Below are positions 39,629 to 48,992 of a DNA stretch of 64,000 nt, in pieces (the first letter of the stretch is position 1; each line of letters opens with the position of its first letter). A program made the position numbers and the translations under genes. The notes beneath the pieces were generated by a model. That model was given only the letters and a program-made list of their open reading frames with translations. It was not told the origin of the DNA and made no database searches. The DNA is from an uncultured Acidobacteriota bacterium. GTDB taxonomy: Bacteria; Acidobacteriota; Thermoanaerobaculia; Gp7-AA8. The stretch is from NCBI GenBank assembly GCA_963822445.1, contig CAWGHO010000003.1, forward strand, positions 672,001-736,000. The letters run 5' to 3'.

Positions 39629-39707
39629 GCAGTAGGCGGTAGGCGGGAGAACGATCATCCACCGCCTACCGCCTACCGCGAGCGGCGAAGCCGCGAACCG
39701 CCTACCG
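39622..39707. repeat. Inverted heptamer tandem-repeat hairpin (GGTAGGC / GCCTACC)
   Basis: gcggtaggcagtaggcggtaggcgg...ccgcctaccgcctaccgc plus an extra unit near 39698. Confidence 0.8.
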
Positions 39708-40436
39708 ATCCGTATCGGGCTTTGCGGCTGGACCATCAACGCCGAGGAGTACTTCGCGTCGTTCGATACGCTCGAGGTGCAGCAGACGTTTTATGAACCG
39801 CCGTCGCGCGAGACCATGTCGCGCTGGCGTGACGCGGCGCCGCCCGGATTCATCTTCACCATCAAAGCGTGGCAGCTCATCACCCATCGCTCCACGAGCA
39901 ACACCTACCGGCGATTGAAGAGCGAAGTGAATCGCGACGAAGTCGGCGCGTTTCAGGTCAACGACACCACAATGCGCGGCTGGAAGGTCACTCGCGACTG
40001 CGCGAAGCTGCTGCGGGCGAAAGCGATCCTCTTTCAATGTCCGGCGAGCTTCCGGGCGACCGAGGAGAACGTCGCGAACATGCGGCGCTTCTTTGCGAGC
40101 ATCGAGCGGCTCGAAGGCGTCGATTACCTGTGGGAGCCGCGCGGGCCGTGGCCCGATGACCTGCTCGTCGAAGTCTGCAGCGAGCTCGATCTCGTCCACA
40201 CGGTCGATCCCTTCCTGCGCGATTCCGTGACGCCGGAGCTGACCTACTGGCGGCTGCACGGCATCAAGAATCACTACCACACCTATACCGACGACGAGTT
40301 GCGCTCGCTGGCCGTGCGCGTTCCGCGCGCAGGGGAGACGTACGTGATGTTCAACAACATCCCCCGCGCCGGCGACGCGAAGCGTTTCGCGACGTTCATG
40401 CACCAGACCGGACAACCTCCCGCAACGCAGCCGTGA
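39708..40436 (+). CDS. DUF72 domain protein (start codon uncertain)
   Basis: IRIGLCGW...Y...F.TLEVQQTFY, KAWQLITH, LFQCPASF, WEPRG, YWRLHG, MFNN; family-like sequence begins upstream of the first GTG. Confidence 0.85.
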   Translation: MRIGLCGWTINAEEYFASFDTLEVQQTFYEPPSRETMSRWRDAAPPGFIFTIKAWQLITHRSTSNTYRRLKSEVNRDEVGAFQVNDTTMRGWKVTRDCAKLLRAKAILFQCPASFRATEENVANMRRFFASIERLEGVDYLWEPRGPWPDDLLVEVCSELDLVHTVDPFLRDSVTPELTYWRLHGIKNHYHTYTDDELRSLAVRVPRAGETYVMFNNIPRAGDAKRFATFMHQTGQPPATQP

Positions 40437-40493
40437 ACGCCATTGCTGTCAGAGATGGACGGACCAACGTTGCTGCAGCAAGGGAGGTAATCA

Positions 40494-40627
40494 ATGTCCA
40501 TTGTTCTGGTTCTGTTGCTCACGTTCTTTGGCGCTTCCGTCGACGACGGCAACGGTTTCGATCCCCTCGGCGGACCGCGCATCGGCAGCACGGGTGACGA
40601 GGGAAACGGCTTCGATCCTCACGCTAG
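40494..40627 (+). CDS. Small secreted peptide with two D-x-G-N-G-F-D-P repeats (probable 1-nt deletion before its stop)
   Basis: AGGGAGG RBS; MSIVLVLLLTFFGASVDDGNGFDPLGGPRIGSTGDEGNGFDPH; cac-gc-tag would read H-G-stop with one more G. Confidence 0.6.
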
Positions 40628-40629
40628 CC

Positions 40630-40678
40630 GTACGGCGAGCGTCCCGCTCGCACCGCGCCGGGCGTCCGCGCCCGGCGC
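40630..40678. repeat. Partial REP-like element
   Basis: gtacggcgagcgtcccgctcgc plus gcgccgggcgtccgcgcccggcgc hairpins. Confidence 0.7.
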
Positions 40679-40697
40679 TCTTGTACACTCGCTGGCG

Positions 40698-41201
40698 ATG
40701 TTTCATAGCGCCTCCCACAGTCTCAACCGCCTTCGCTCCCAGCTCGCGCAAATGCGCACCCTCGCCGAAGCCGGCGATCCGCAACTCTTCGCAACCGCAC
40801 AATGCTCCGCGTGGTGCGCATCGGAGCATCTCGATCACATCGTGAAAGTCTCCGCGTCGATCGTGAACCGTCTCCTGCAGGTGGACGCGCCGGCCTCCGC
40901 GGGCGTATCGCCGCTCGGCCGGATCATCCTCGCCGTCGGGCGGATTCCACGCGGGAAAGGCAGAGCGCCGGAGCGTCTGCGCGGCGAACGCGTGGCCGCC
41001 GCGGAGTTGCAGGCGTCCCTGGCGAAACTGGAGGAGAAAATCGCGCTGCTTTCCGACGTTCATCTCGCCGAAAAGCGCGGAGCGATCGTCCCTCATCCTC
41101 GCTTCGGTGGCCTGCGCCCGGGACAGGCCCTGCGCTTCGCGGCGGTCCACAACGACCACCATTTGCGGATCATCCGGGATATTTTGAGGAAGAGTGATTA
41201 G
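40698..41201 (+). CDS. DinB/DUF1569-like four-helix metalloprotein
   Basis: W....HLDH, HPRFG.L, H.DHH...I motifs; TACACT 8 nt before ATG 40698. Confidence 0.85.
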   Translation: MFHSASHSLNRLRSQLAQMRTLAEAGDPQLFATAQCSAWCASEHLDHIVKVSASIVNRLLQVDAPASAGVSPLGRIILAVGRIPRGKGRAPERLRGERVAAAELQASLAKLEEKIALLSDVHLAEKRGAIVPHPRFGGLRPGQALRFAAVHNDHHLRIIRDILRKSD

Positions 41202-41288
41202 TGGTTAGTGATTAGTGGTTAGTGATTAGTGATTAGGAGAACCGAGCACGCTACCTTCCTAATCACTAACGACTAACCACTAATCACT
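41193..41288. repeat. Inverted heptamer tandem-repeat hairpin (AGTGRTT / AAYCACT)
   Basis: Six AGTG(A/G)TT units then ctaatcactaacgactaaccactaatcact. Confidence 0.85.
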
Positions 41289-41331
41289 TCGTCAGTGCTA
41301 TTCTCCCCCGCCTGTTCTTTCCCAACTTCGT

Positions 41332-41486
41332 TCTGAAGTGGTGTACGGGAAGCCGGTGTGATACCGGCGCGGCCCCCGCCACTGTAACCGGCGACGAATC
41401 ACGCTGAGGCATCGACCCCCACTGCGAAAGCGGGAAGGGCAGCGCGACGAGGACGACCCGGAAGCCAGGAGACCGGCCACTTCAGA
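41332..41486 (+). promoter_or_regulatory. Cobalamin riboswitch
   Basis: P1 tctgaagtgg/ccacttcaga; GGGAAgccggtg, GCCCCCGCCACTGTA, CCACTG...GGGAAGG, B12 box AGCCAGGAGACCGGCC; upstream of a TonB-dependent receptor. Confidence 0.95.
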
Positions 41487-41571
41487 GCCCACAGAGTTCC
41501 TCCGGGGTGTGAGGAGCGGCTGGCGTCGACTCTTCACGCCTCCGCTTCGGAGGGAAGCGAAAGGAGTCGTC

Positions 41572-43404
41572 ATGAAGCGTGTGGCCCTGGCAGTCCTGTT
41601 TCTCATCATCACCCCCAATTCATTCGCGCAAACCGACCCGCAGAAGGTGTCCGCGGAGATCGTCGTCACCGCGTCGGCGATTCCCGAGCGGGTCGATGAA
41701 ACGCCGGCGACGGCGACCGTCGTCACGCGCGAGGAGATCGAGGCCCGCGAAGCGCGCGACGTCGCCGACGTCCTGCGCGAAGTCCCCGGCCTGACCGTGA
41801 ACCGCACCGGCTCGAACGGCAAAGCCACCTCGCTGTTCATCCGCGGCGGCAGCTCCAAGCAGGCCCTCGTGCTCTGGAACGGAGTCGAGCTGAATTACCC
41901 CTACCACTCCGGCTACAACTTCGGGCAATTGTCTACCGCTGGTGTCGAGCGGATCGAGGTCGTCCGCGGTCCCTTCTCGGCGCTGTACGGCTCCGAAGCG
42001 GTCAGCGGAGTGGTCAACGTGTTGACCGAGCGGAAAACCAACGGCGGCACGCTCGATCTGTCCGTCGGCGAGCGCGGTCTCTTCAACGCCGGCGTCAGCG
42101 GGGCGCTCTCGCTCGACAAGTGGTCGGTCAACGCCGCCGTTGAGCGCCGCCAGGACAGCGGGTTCGCCGCGAACGACGACTACAAAGGCACGTCGATCGG
42201 CGGCGGCGCCACGTATCGCGCCACCCCGCGGCTTTCTCTGGGATTCCTGGCCCGGCGCAGCTCGTACGACCTGGGCATTCCGTTCAACGCCAATGCTGCA
42301 GGCACCGCGTTCGTCCCCAGCCCCAGCCGCCGCGAGGAGGGGATCGAGACCTCCTTCGCCCTGCCCATTCACTTCGATTCCGGCCGGATGTCCTATGAAT
42401 TGCGCGTCTCGGAGAGCCGCCGCGATGAAGACTTCCGCGATCCGGAAGGAACGTTCGGTCCCGAGCGCAACCTCACCGATTCGCGCGTGCGCACCACCCG
42501 CGCCACCGCCCGCACGACCACCCGCGCCGGCACGATCACCATCGGCGGCGAATACGAGGAATCGCTCGTCGATCACCAGAGCGCGTTCGCGGTGATCGAT
42601 TCGCGTGACCGCACCAGCCGCTCTGCATTCGTCGAGGATCGCCTGTCGATTCCCGCCCGTAACTCGTCGGTCGAGATCACCGCCGGTCTGCGCCTCGACG
42701 ACTTCGATACGTTCGGCAGCCAGCTCTCGCCGCGCATCGCCGCGGCCTGGGTTCGCGAAGGTCACAAGATCCGCGCGGCGTACGGCGAAGGATTCCGCGC
42801 GCCCGGCATCGGCGAGCTCTACACCCCGTTCTACGGCAATCCCGATCTTCAGGCCGAGCAGAGCCGCACCGTCGAAGTCGGTTACGAGCGCTGGTTCGAT
42901 GACAACGGCAGCGCGTCGATCACCCTCTTCGACAGCCAGTACGACGACCTGATCTTCTTCTCCAGCGCCTTCCGCTACGACAACATCAGCGCCGCGAGCG
43001 CGCGCGGTATCGAGCTTTCCGGCCGCCGCCGCTTCAACGCGTTCAGCGCCGCCGCGTCGTACACCTGGCTCGATGCCGAGGACGAGACCACCGGTTCGCA
43101 GCTGGTCCGCCGTCCGGAGCACTCCGGCTCGATCACCCTCGGATACGACGCCGGCGCGGCCTCGGCCCTCGTCGTCCTCAGCCACACCGGCTCGCGCGAC
43201 GACGTTACCGATCTCCTCCCTTACGGAATCGTCCGAAACGGGGCGTACACGACAGCCGACGTGGTGGTGCACTACCATCGTGGTGCTTTGCGGCCGTTCG
43301 TGAAGATCGAAAACGTCACCGGCGAGAGGTACGAAGAGGCTTTCGGGTACCGCTCGCCGGGCCGGCGCGCCGTCGTAGGAGTTCGGTACGGAATCAGCAA
43401 TTAG
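41572..43404 (+). CDS. btuB: TonB-dependent receptor, probable vitamin B12 transporter
   Basis: AAGGAG RBS; EIVVTA TonB box, ERIEVVRGPFSALYGSEAVSGVVNV plug, GNPDLQAEQS; riboswitch upstream. Confidence 0.9.
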   Translation: MKRVALAVLFLIITPNSFAQTDPQKVSAEIVVTASAIPERVDETPATATVVTREEIEAREARDVADVLREVPGLTVNRTGSNGKATSLFIRGGSSKQALVLWNGVELNYPYHSGYNFGQLSTAGVERIEVVRGPFSALYGSEAVSGVVNVLTERKTNGGTLDLSVGERGLFNAGVSGALSLDKWSVNAAVERRQDSGFAANDDYKGTSIGGGATYRATPRLSLGFLARRSSYDLGIPFNANAAGTAFVPSPSRREEGIETSFALPIHFDSGRMSYELRVSESRRDEDFRDPEGTFGPERNLTDSRVRTTRATARTTTRAGTITIGGEYEESLVDHQSAFAVIDSRDRTSRSAFVEDRLSIPARNSSVEITAGLRLDDFDTFGSQLSPRIAAAWVREGHKIRAAYGEGFRAPGIGELYTPFYGNPDLQAEQSRTVEVGYERWFDDNGSASITLFDSQYDDLIFFSSAFRYDNISAASARGIELSGRRRFNAFSAAASYTWLDAEDETTGSQLVRRPEHSGSITLGYDAGAASALVVLSHTGSRDDVTDLLPYGIVRNGAYTTADVVVHYHRGALRPFVKIENVTGERYEEAFGYRSPGRRAVVGVRYGISN

Positions 43405-43406
43405 AA

Positions 43407-43434
43407 AGGGTGGGCAGGATGGTCTGCCCACCCT
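43407..43434 (+). terminator. Hairpin after btuB, possible terminator
   Basis: agggtgggcag-gatggt-ctgcccaccct perfect stem; weak U tract. Confidence 0.5.
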
Positions 43435-43438
43435 ATTC

Positions 43439-44125
43439 ATGCCGGCTGCGATCCTCGTCGTTGAAGACGATCTTCTGACCAGACGGTTGCTCCAGGCGAT
43501 CCTGGAGCGCGACGGCTGCATGGTGACGCCTGTTGGCAGCGCGGCCGAGGCGATGGGGGAGGTCGGGCGGCGCGGGTATGACCTGGTGCTGCTCGACCTC
43601 GGCCTCCCCGACGGCGACGGCCTCGACGTCTGCCGCCGCATGCGCGAGCGCCACCAGATGCCCATTATCATCGTCAGCACCCGCCGGGAGATCGAGGACC
43701 GCGTGGCCGGCCTCGATACCGGCGCGGACGACTACATCGTCAAGCCCTTCGAGCCGCGGGAAGTCGTGGCCCGCGTCCGCGCCCACCTGCGGCGGGCGAG
43801 GGAGATGACCGGCGCGGAATCGGTCATCCATCTCGGTCCGGTGGTCGTCGACGTCGCCCTGCGCGATGCCATCGTCGACGGCCGGCCGGCCGGCCTCACG
43901 CAGAAGGAATTCGAGCTCCTGCATCTGCTGGCGTCACGGCGCGGCCGGTCGGTGAGCCGCGAGTACCTCATGGAGCAGTTGTGGGGCGACGACGAGCTGG
44001 CCTCGGAGAAGAATGTCGCGGTTTATGTGAGGCGGCTGCGCAGCAAGATCGAGCGCGACCCGGACAAGCCCGAGATCATTCTCACCGTGCGCGGCTTCGG
44101 CTATCGCGTCGGCGGGGTGAGGTGA
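43439..44125 (+). CDS. OmpR family response regulator (orphan)
   Basis: LVVEDD, LLDLGLPDGDG, GADDYIVKPF, LTQKEFELL, TVRGFGYR. Confidence 0.95.
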   Translation: MPAAILVVEDDLLTRRLLQAILERDGCMVTPVGSAAEAMGEVGRRGYDLVLLDLGLPDGDGLDVCRRMRERHQMPIIIVSTRREIEDRVAGLDTGADDYIVKPFEPREVVARVRAHLRRAREMTGAESVIHLGPVVVDVALRDAIVDGRPAGLTQKEFELLHLLASRRGRSVSREYLMEQLWGDDELASEKNVAVYVRRLRSKIERDPDKPEIILTVRGFGYRVGGVR

Positions 44126-44140
44126 TATATCGCGCCCTCC

Positions 44141-44647
44141 ATGTGGACCGCCCGACGCATTCTGAAAGAGATCGCCGACCCTGACCGCCGCCGCGACATC
44201 CTCGCCGCGTTCTGGAAGCACGGCGACGACCAGTCGAAGTTCATGGCCCAGATGCAGCTGGCCAAAGCCCTCCATTTCCGCGACGAGACCATCCGCAAAA
44301 TGGCACCGCAGAAGAGGGCGGAACTGCTCGCGTCGCGCATCGGCGTCGCCGAGTTCGATCAGTTCCTCGAGATCGGCCTGATGGCGTATCACACCCATCA
44401 CAAGAACGAGATGATGGCCGCGTTCCTCGATCGCTGGAACGTGCCGCACGAGAACGGGACCATCGAAGCCGACGAGTACCCGGTGCCCAGCGCCGACCAG
44501 GTCCGCGATGCGGTCAAGGCGCTGGAGGGGGAGTACGACCGCCGCGACACCGCCATCTATCTCGCAACCGCGGGATTGCTGATGGGGGATGAATGGCGGG
44601 AGTCGACGTGGCCGGTGGTGAATGAGTTGATTGCGGAAAGTCGTTAG
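44141..44647 (+). CDS. Hypothetical protein
   Basis: Open frame with typical codon usage filling the interval. Confidence 0.8.
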   Translation: MWTARRILKEIADPDRRRDILAAFWKHGDDQSKFMAQMQLAKALHFRDETIRKMAPQKRAELLASRIGVAEFDQFLEIGLMAYHTHHKNEMMAAFLDRWNVPHENGTIEADEYPVPSADQVRDAVKALEGEYDRRDTAIYLATAGLLMGDEWRESTWPVVNELIAESR

Positions 44648-44714
44648 TCGTTAGTGATTAGTCGTTAGTAGCTCGGCGGTTCTACTAACGACTAGCGACT
44701 GACGACTAACCACT
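44639..44714. repeat. Inverted heptamer tandem-repeat hairpin (AGTCGTT / AACGACT)
   Basis: agtcgttagtcgttagtgattagtcgttagtag...ctactaacgactagcgactgacgactaaccact. Confidence 0.85.
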
Positions 44715-44719
44715 CAGTT

Positions 44720-45286
44720 CTAGCGCCGATCAATCCTCAACACCCCCCACCCCGTCCCATCGTGCAGCAGCGTGGCCGTGGCCTGTTGCGGCGCGGCGAA
44801 GCGGTCGTGAACCGCGCCGGTCTTGAAAGCCGCTCCGACCTCATTCGGGATCCAGCGCCAGGTGAAATCGACGGTGACCTCGCCTTCGCGATCGCGGACG
44901 GCGACGACGTCGCCGATCTCCTTCTTCGCCAGAGGCACGACGTCGAGGATGCCGTTCGGCCGCAGGAGGAAGCGTTTGTCGTTTCGTGATTTGTCCGCGA
45001 GCATCACGTCGCCCGTGCGATCGAGGGCGATCCATCCCGCTTCCGCGAGCTGACGGGCCTCGTCGCGGACCGGCGTGCTCATCGACACGCCGCTCACCGG
45101 CGTCGTCCAGCCGGCGTTCGTGAATTCGAACTCGCTGAACTCCGGCGCGTTCGCGATCAACGTCTTCGCGTCGGCGGCGCTCGGCGCAGCGGGGCGCGGC
45201 TGTTTCGCCACCGTCGCGGTGGTGTCGGTGACCGGCTGTTCGGCGGCACACGCGGTAAGCAGAAGAGCAATCAGGATACGGCGCAT
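44720..45286 (-). CDS. Hypothetical lipoprotein
   Basis: MRRILIALLLTAC lipobox. Confidence 0.8.
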   Translation of the reverse strand: MRRILIALLLTACAAEQPVTDTTATVAKQPRPAAPSAADAKTLIANAPEFSEFEFTNAGWTTPVSGVSMSTPVRDEARQLAEAGWIALDRTGDVMLADKSRNDKRFLLRPNGILDVVPLAKKEIGDVVAVRDREGEVTVDFTWRWIPNEVGAAFKTGAVHDRFAAPQQATATLLHDGTGWGVLRIDRR

Positions 45287-46038
45287 GCGCGCAGTAAACC
45301 CGCGACCTCGTCCCGCGTCAATTCGCGAGTCTTGCCGCTCTCGAGATTTCCGAGGTCGATTCCGGCGATTGCGGTGCGGGTCAGTGAGATCACTTTGGCG
45401 TCCAGCGCCTCCACCATCCGCCGCACCTGCCGGTTCCGCCCTTCGGTGATCGTGATCTCGAACACCGTCTTCCCGCCCGGCTCGCGCAGGCGCGTGATCT
45501 TCGCCGGACGCGTCGGACCGTCGCGCAGCTCGATCCCGTTTCGCAGGCGATCGAGCTCCTCCTCGCTCAGACCGCGCGACGCTTTCACCTGATACGTCTT
45601 CGGCACGTGGTAGTCGGGATTGGTCATGCGCTCGGCGAAGGCCGTGTCGTTGGTGAGGATCAGCAGGCCGCTGGTGTCGAGATCGAGCCGGCCGACGGGG
45701 AACAGGTAGCGCTGAAGATCAGGAAGCAGGTCGAAGATCGTCGGCCGCCCTTCCGGATCGCGATACGTGGTCAGGTAGCCGGCCGGCTTGTTGAGGAGAA
45801 GGTAGAGCGGCTCCGCTTTTTCGAGCGGCTTGTCGTCGAAGGTGATGCGATCGCGCTCCAGATCGACCCACCGGTTCGGATCGCCCTCCACCCGCCCGTT
45901 CACCTTCACCCGCCCTTCGCCGACCCAACGCCGCGCCTCGGTCCGCGAGCCGACGCCGGCTTTGGACAAGACTCGCTCCAGCGTTTTCAGTGGACGGTCG
46001 CCGGCCGGCGGCGCTTTGACCTGCCTGGCCTTGCTCAT
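45271..46038 (-). CDS. rRNA pseudouridine synthase, RsuA/RluB family
   Basis: S4 domain, LLNKPAG, PVGRLDLDTSGLLILTND, ITEGRNRQVRRM. Confidence 0.95.
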   Translation of the reverse strand: MSKARQVKAPPAGDRPLKTLERVLSKAGVGSRTEARRWVGEGRVKVNGRVEGDPNRWVDLERDRITFDDKPLEKAEPLYLLLNKPAGYLTTYRDPEGRPTIFDLLPDLQRYLFPVGRLDLDTSGLLILTNDTAFAERMTNPDYHVPKTYQVKASRGLSEEELDRLRNGIELRDGPTRPAKITRLREPGGKTVFEITITEGRNRQVRRMVEALDAKVISLTRTAIAGIDLGNLESGKTRELTRDEVAGLLRACAVS

Positions 46039-46592
46039 CTCGGGTCTGTGAGCCTGATCCAGAAACTGTTGTCGATCCTGATCTCCGTGATATGCCCGGC
46101 GTCGTCGACACCGACGTTGTGAACCGCGCCTGTGTTCGCATCAGTGAAGCGGTAATGTCGCGGTCCGACGAGTTGGGCGTTGCCTTCGCTCTTCTCCGGG
46201 TCGAAGGCGATGGTCACCCGCTGGAAAACGCGATTGCCCCATTCCGGCGGCGCGACCTCTTCTCCGCCGCGCTGCCAGACCACGCCTTTCGCGCCGGCTT
46301 TCGCAGTCCACTCCTCGGCATTGACGGTGACCCGGAGTTCCTCCGCGCCGACAGTCGGGCGGGTCATCTCCCCCTCGGCGCGCACGCCGCCTTCTTCGAG
46401 GCGGAAATGAAAGCCGGGCGTGGAGCGGAACCAGCGGACCGCATCTTCATAGCGCGTGGACGCCGGCGCCGTGGCAACGCTGGTGATCGTCGGCGCACTT
46501 TCCGTCGTCGTCGACGGAGCGGGCGTCTCGCGCGAACAGGCGGCGACGAACACAATCAGAAACGCGTACTTAGGAAAACGTTTACATCGCAT
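46035..46592 (-). CDS. Hypothetical lipoprotein
   Basis: VAAC lipobox followed by Thr/Pro linker; ATGA overlap with next gene. Confidence 0.75.
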   Translation of the reverse strand: MRCKRFPKYAFLIVFVAACSRETPAPSTTTESAPTITSVATAPASTRYEDAVRWFRSTPGFHFRLEEGGVRAEGEMTRPTVGAEELRVTVNAEEWTAKAGAKGVVWQRGGEEVAPPEWGNRVFQRVTIAFDPEKSEGNAQLVGPRHYRFTDANTGAVHNVGVDDAGHITEIRIDNSFWIRLTDPR

Positions 46593-46631
46593 CGGAACAG
46601 GCGAATGCTACCCTGACGTTCGATACCAATC

Positions 46632-47885
46632 ATGCGGAAAAACTCGTGGTGGTGGGTTGCACTGGGAGTGGCGCTTGCCAGCATCGCGCTTGGAGTGTCG
46701 CAGCTGCCCTACGACGACCCGATCGTGCAGGCGAACATGTTTGCGCCGCCGCACCGCCCCGCGCCCCAGCCGGTTTACATCCCCGAGCCACCGCCGCTTC
46801 CGCCCGCCGAGCCGTCGCGTGAAGTTCCGACCCTGGTCAAGGCCAGCGAGGAGCAGATCGAGCTTCGCGTGAAGGCCCTCGCGCACGAGATGGCCGACAT
46901 GTGGACGCGCAACCCGGAAGAGCTCGTGGTCGTGATCGACGACGCGGCCCGCTCCGTTCCCAGCGCGCCGTCTGTGACGTTGCTGCTGGCCATCGCTCAC
47001 GCCGAAACGAACGGGAAGATTCTCGATGTGTCCGAGGCGGGGGCGGTTGGTCTTGCGCAGGCGACGCCGGTCGCGTATCGCCAGGAAAATCTCGACGGCA
47101 AGCTGTTCGTCACCGCCGACTACCTGATCGGCTCCCGCGCCTACATCATGAAGAAGCCCCTCGGCGACGCGGACACCATCGCCTCGCTGGTCGTCGGCAA
47201 AGACACTCCCGCGACGCGGAAGAAGGCCAAGCGCCTCCTGCGCGCGGCGAAGGAGCTCCGCCGCGAAGGCATCGACGAGCTCGATCTCCTCGCGCCGTAC
47301 GCCTCGAAAAAGTACTACGCCGACATCGCCCGCCGCGACAAACACAACAAGGAAGTGCTCGTGCGTCTCGGGAAGCTGCTCGAGTCCGGATCGCGCGCGC
47401 AGCTGAAGTCGTTCCGCGATGCGACGCGCAAGGAGTACCGCGCGCTCAAGCAGACCCAGCTCGCGTCGTGGAAGGAATACCAGAACGATCTCATCGCCAA
47501 ACGCGATCGCATGCTGGAGCAGCACTTCGGCGTGAGCCACAAGGAAGTGAAACGGACCATGGCCTACGAGGCCAGCGAGTACCTCGGCGAGCACCTCGAC
47601 GACCGCTTCTCCGCGAAGAGCATGGCCCGCTTCCTCGTCCACCACCTCGACCGCAAAGCCAGCGAAGCGCGGAAACTCGGCGCGACCGACGAGAAGGTCG
47701 AGCAGATGACCGCCGCGCTCTACAACGGCGGCTCGCACAACGTGAAGCGCATGCTTGCCGGCCTCATTCGGACATTGCCGGAGACTGAGAAGTACATGAA
47801 GAAGGTCCCCGCGACGCGGCGCCGCCTCGATGGCGTGATCGCCGGCGTGCCGATGAACGAGTCGGGCGTGCGCACGCTGCGCTGA
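46632..47885 (+). CDS. Lytic transglycosylase (SLT)-like protein with large helical insertion
   Basis: AIAHAET (catalytic Glu position), S.AGAVGLAQ, AALYNGG, ETEKYMKKV. Confidence 0.8.
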   Translation: MRKNSWWWVALGVALASIALGVSQLPYDDPIVQANMFAPPHRPAPQPVYIPEPPPLPPAEPSREVPTLVKASEEQIELRVKALAHEMADMWTRNPEELVVVIDDAARSVPSAPSVTLLLAIAHAETNGKILDVSEAGAVGLAQATPVAYRQENLDGKLFVTADYLIGSRAYIMKKPLGDADTIASLVVGKDTPATRKKAKRLLRAAKELRREGIDELDLLAPYASKKYYADIARRDKHNKEVLVRLGKLLESGSRAQLKSFRDATRKEYRALKQTQLASWKEYQNDLIAKRDRMLEQHFGVSHKEVKRTMAYEASEYLGEHLDDRFSAKSMARFLVHHLDRKASEARKLGATDEKVEQMTAALYNGGSHNVKRMLAGLIRTLPETEKYMKKVPATRRRLDGVIAGVPMNESGVRTLR

Positions 47886-47892
47886 TCCCGCG

Positions 47893-48987
47893 TCACGCCA
47901 GTGCGAAATCGACCCGCAGCACGAACATCGTCACCATCCACCCCAGGAGGATGATGAAAGTCGCCGTCACCAGCCGTTCCCGCTGTCGCGTCTCCGCCCA
48001 CGTGGCCAGCCAGAGAAACGTGGGAAACACGACCATCGAATAGCGCGCGATCGATTGCACAGTCCCGGTGCTGAGCGGAACGGCCACCGCCGCGAACGCG
48101 TACGCGGCGAATGCCCACTGACGGCGGCGGAGCATCCCCACGGCGGCGATGATCAGGAAGAGCGCGGCGGCACCGTTGAGGAGCACGAAGTTCCAGGGCC
48201 GGCTCACCGCGAACGACTTCGTCCACTGCCCGCGATCCCAGAGCGCTTGCGCCTTCACGAATGCCAGCGCGTCGCCGGTCAGTTGATGGAGGAAAAGCAT
48301 GAACGCGGCGGTGCTCATCGGGATCAACAGAAGCCAGAGTTGCCGGCGCGACAACTTTCCGCGTTGCTGCAGTGGCAGAAGGATCAGCGCGGGAAGGAGC
48401 AGGATGCCGATGAAGCGCGTCGCGGCCGCGAGCGCGCCGGCGATTCCGGCGGCCCACCAGCGGTCCCTTGCCGCGAAATAGAACGACGCTGCCGAGAGAC
48501 AGAGGAACAGCGACTCGGTCAGCGGCAGCGAGAAGAAGTAAGTCGTGGGGAAGAAGGCCATGAAGAACACCGCCCGCTCGACCTGCTCGTTCGTCGCGCC
48601 CAGTCGCATGCCTGCCGCGGCAACGAACAGAAGTCCGGCCACGCAGGCGAGATTCGACACGAGCAATGCCGCGATCGGATAGTCGACAGGCATGACCCGC
48701 ATCAGCAGCGGATAAAGCGGGAAGAACGCCCAGGTGCTCCGCGGTCTGCCATCCGCGCCCGGCGCCTCGTATCCCTCGCGCGCGATCCGCTCGTAATGCC
48801 AGGCATCGCCGACCATGGTTATGCGGACCAGCTCCGGCACCAGCCGTTCCGCCGACAACACGACTTCCGTCCGCCAGATCGTGTTCGCGTATTCCTTGCC
48901 GAGGAAGGTGATCTGCGAGCCGATGACCAGGAGGGAGAAGACGAGCAGGCGGCTCAGCAGAATGGTGGCGAGGACGTTCCGGAGCAT
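47893..48987 (-). CDS. Mannosyltransferase family (PIG-V-like GT-C) membrane protein
   Basis: GDAWHY..IA..GY, AFFPLYP, LTESLFL, ATRFIG motifs. Confidence 0.9.
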   Translation of the reverse strand: MLRNVLATILLSRLLVFSLLVIGSQITFLGKEYANTIWRTEVVLSAERLVPELVRITMVGDAWHYERIAREGYEAPGADGRPRSTWAFFPLYPLLMRVMPVDYPIAALLVSNLACVAGLLFVAAAGMRLGATNEQVERAVFFMAFFPTTYFFSLPLTESLFLCLSAASFYFAARDRWWAAGIAGALAAATRFIGILLLPALILLPLQQRGKLSRRQLWLLLIPMSTAAFMLFLHQLTGDALAFVKAQALWDRGQWTKSFAVSRPWNFVLLNGAAALFLIIAAVGMLRRRQWAFAAYAFAAVAVPLSTGTVQSIARYSMVVFPTFLWLATWAETRQRERLVTATFIILLGWMVTMFVLRVDFALA

Positions 48988-48992
48988 CGCCG

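Noticed and set aside
40494-41201. Single 235-aa secreted DinB fusion
   Set aside because: The middle is a REP element, DinB has its own -10 and ATG, and a near-frame TAG closes the peptide.
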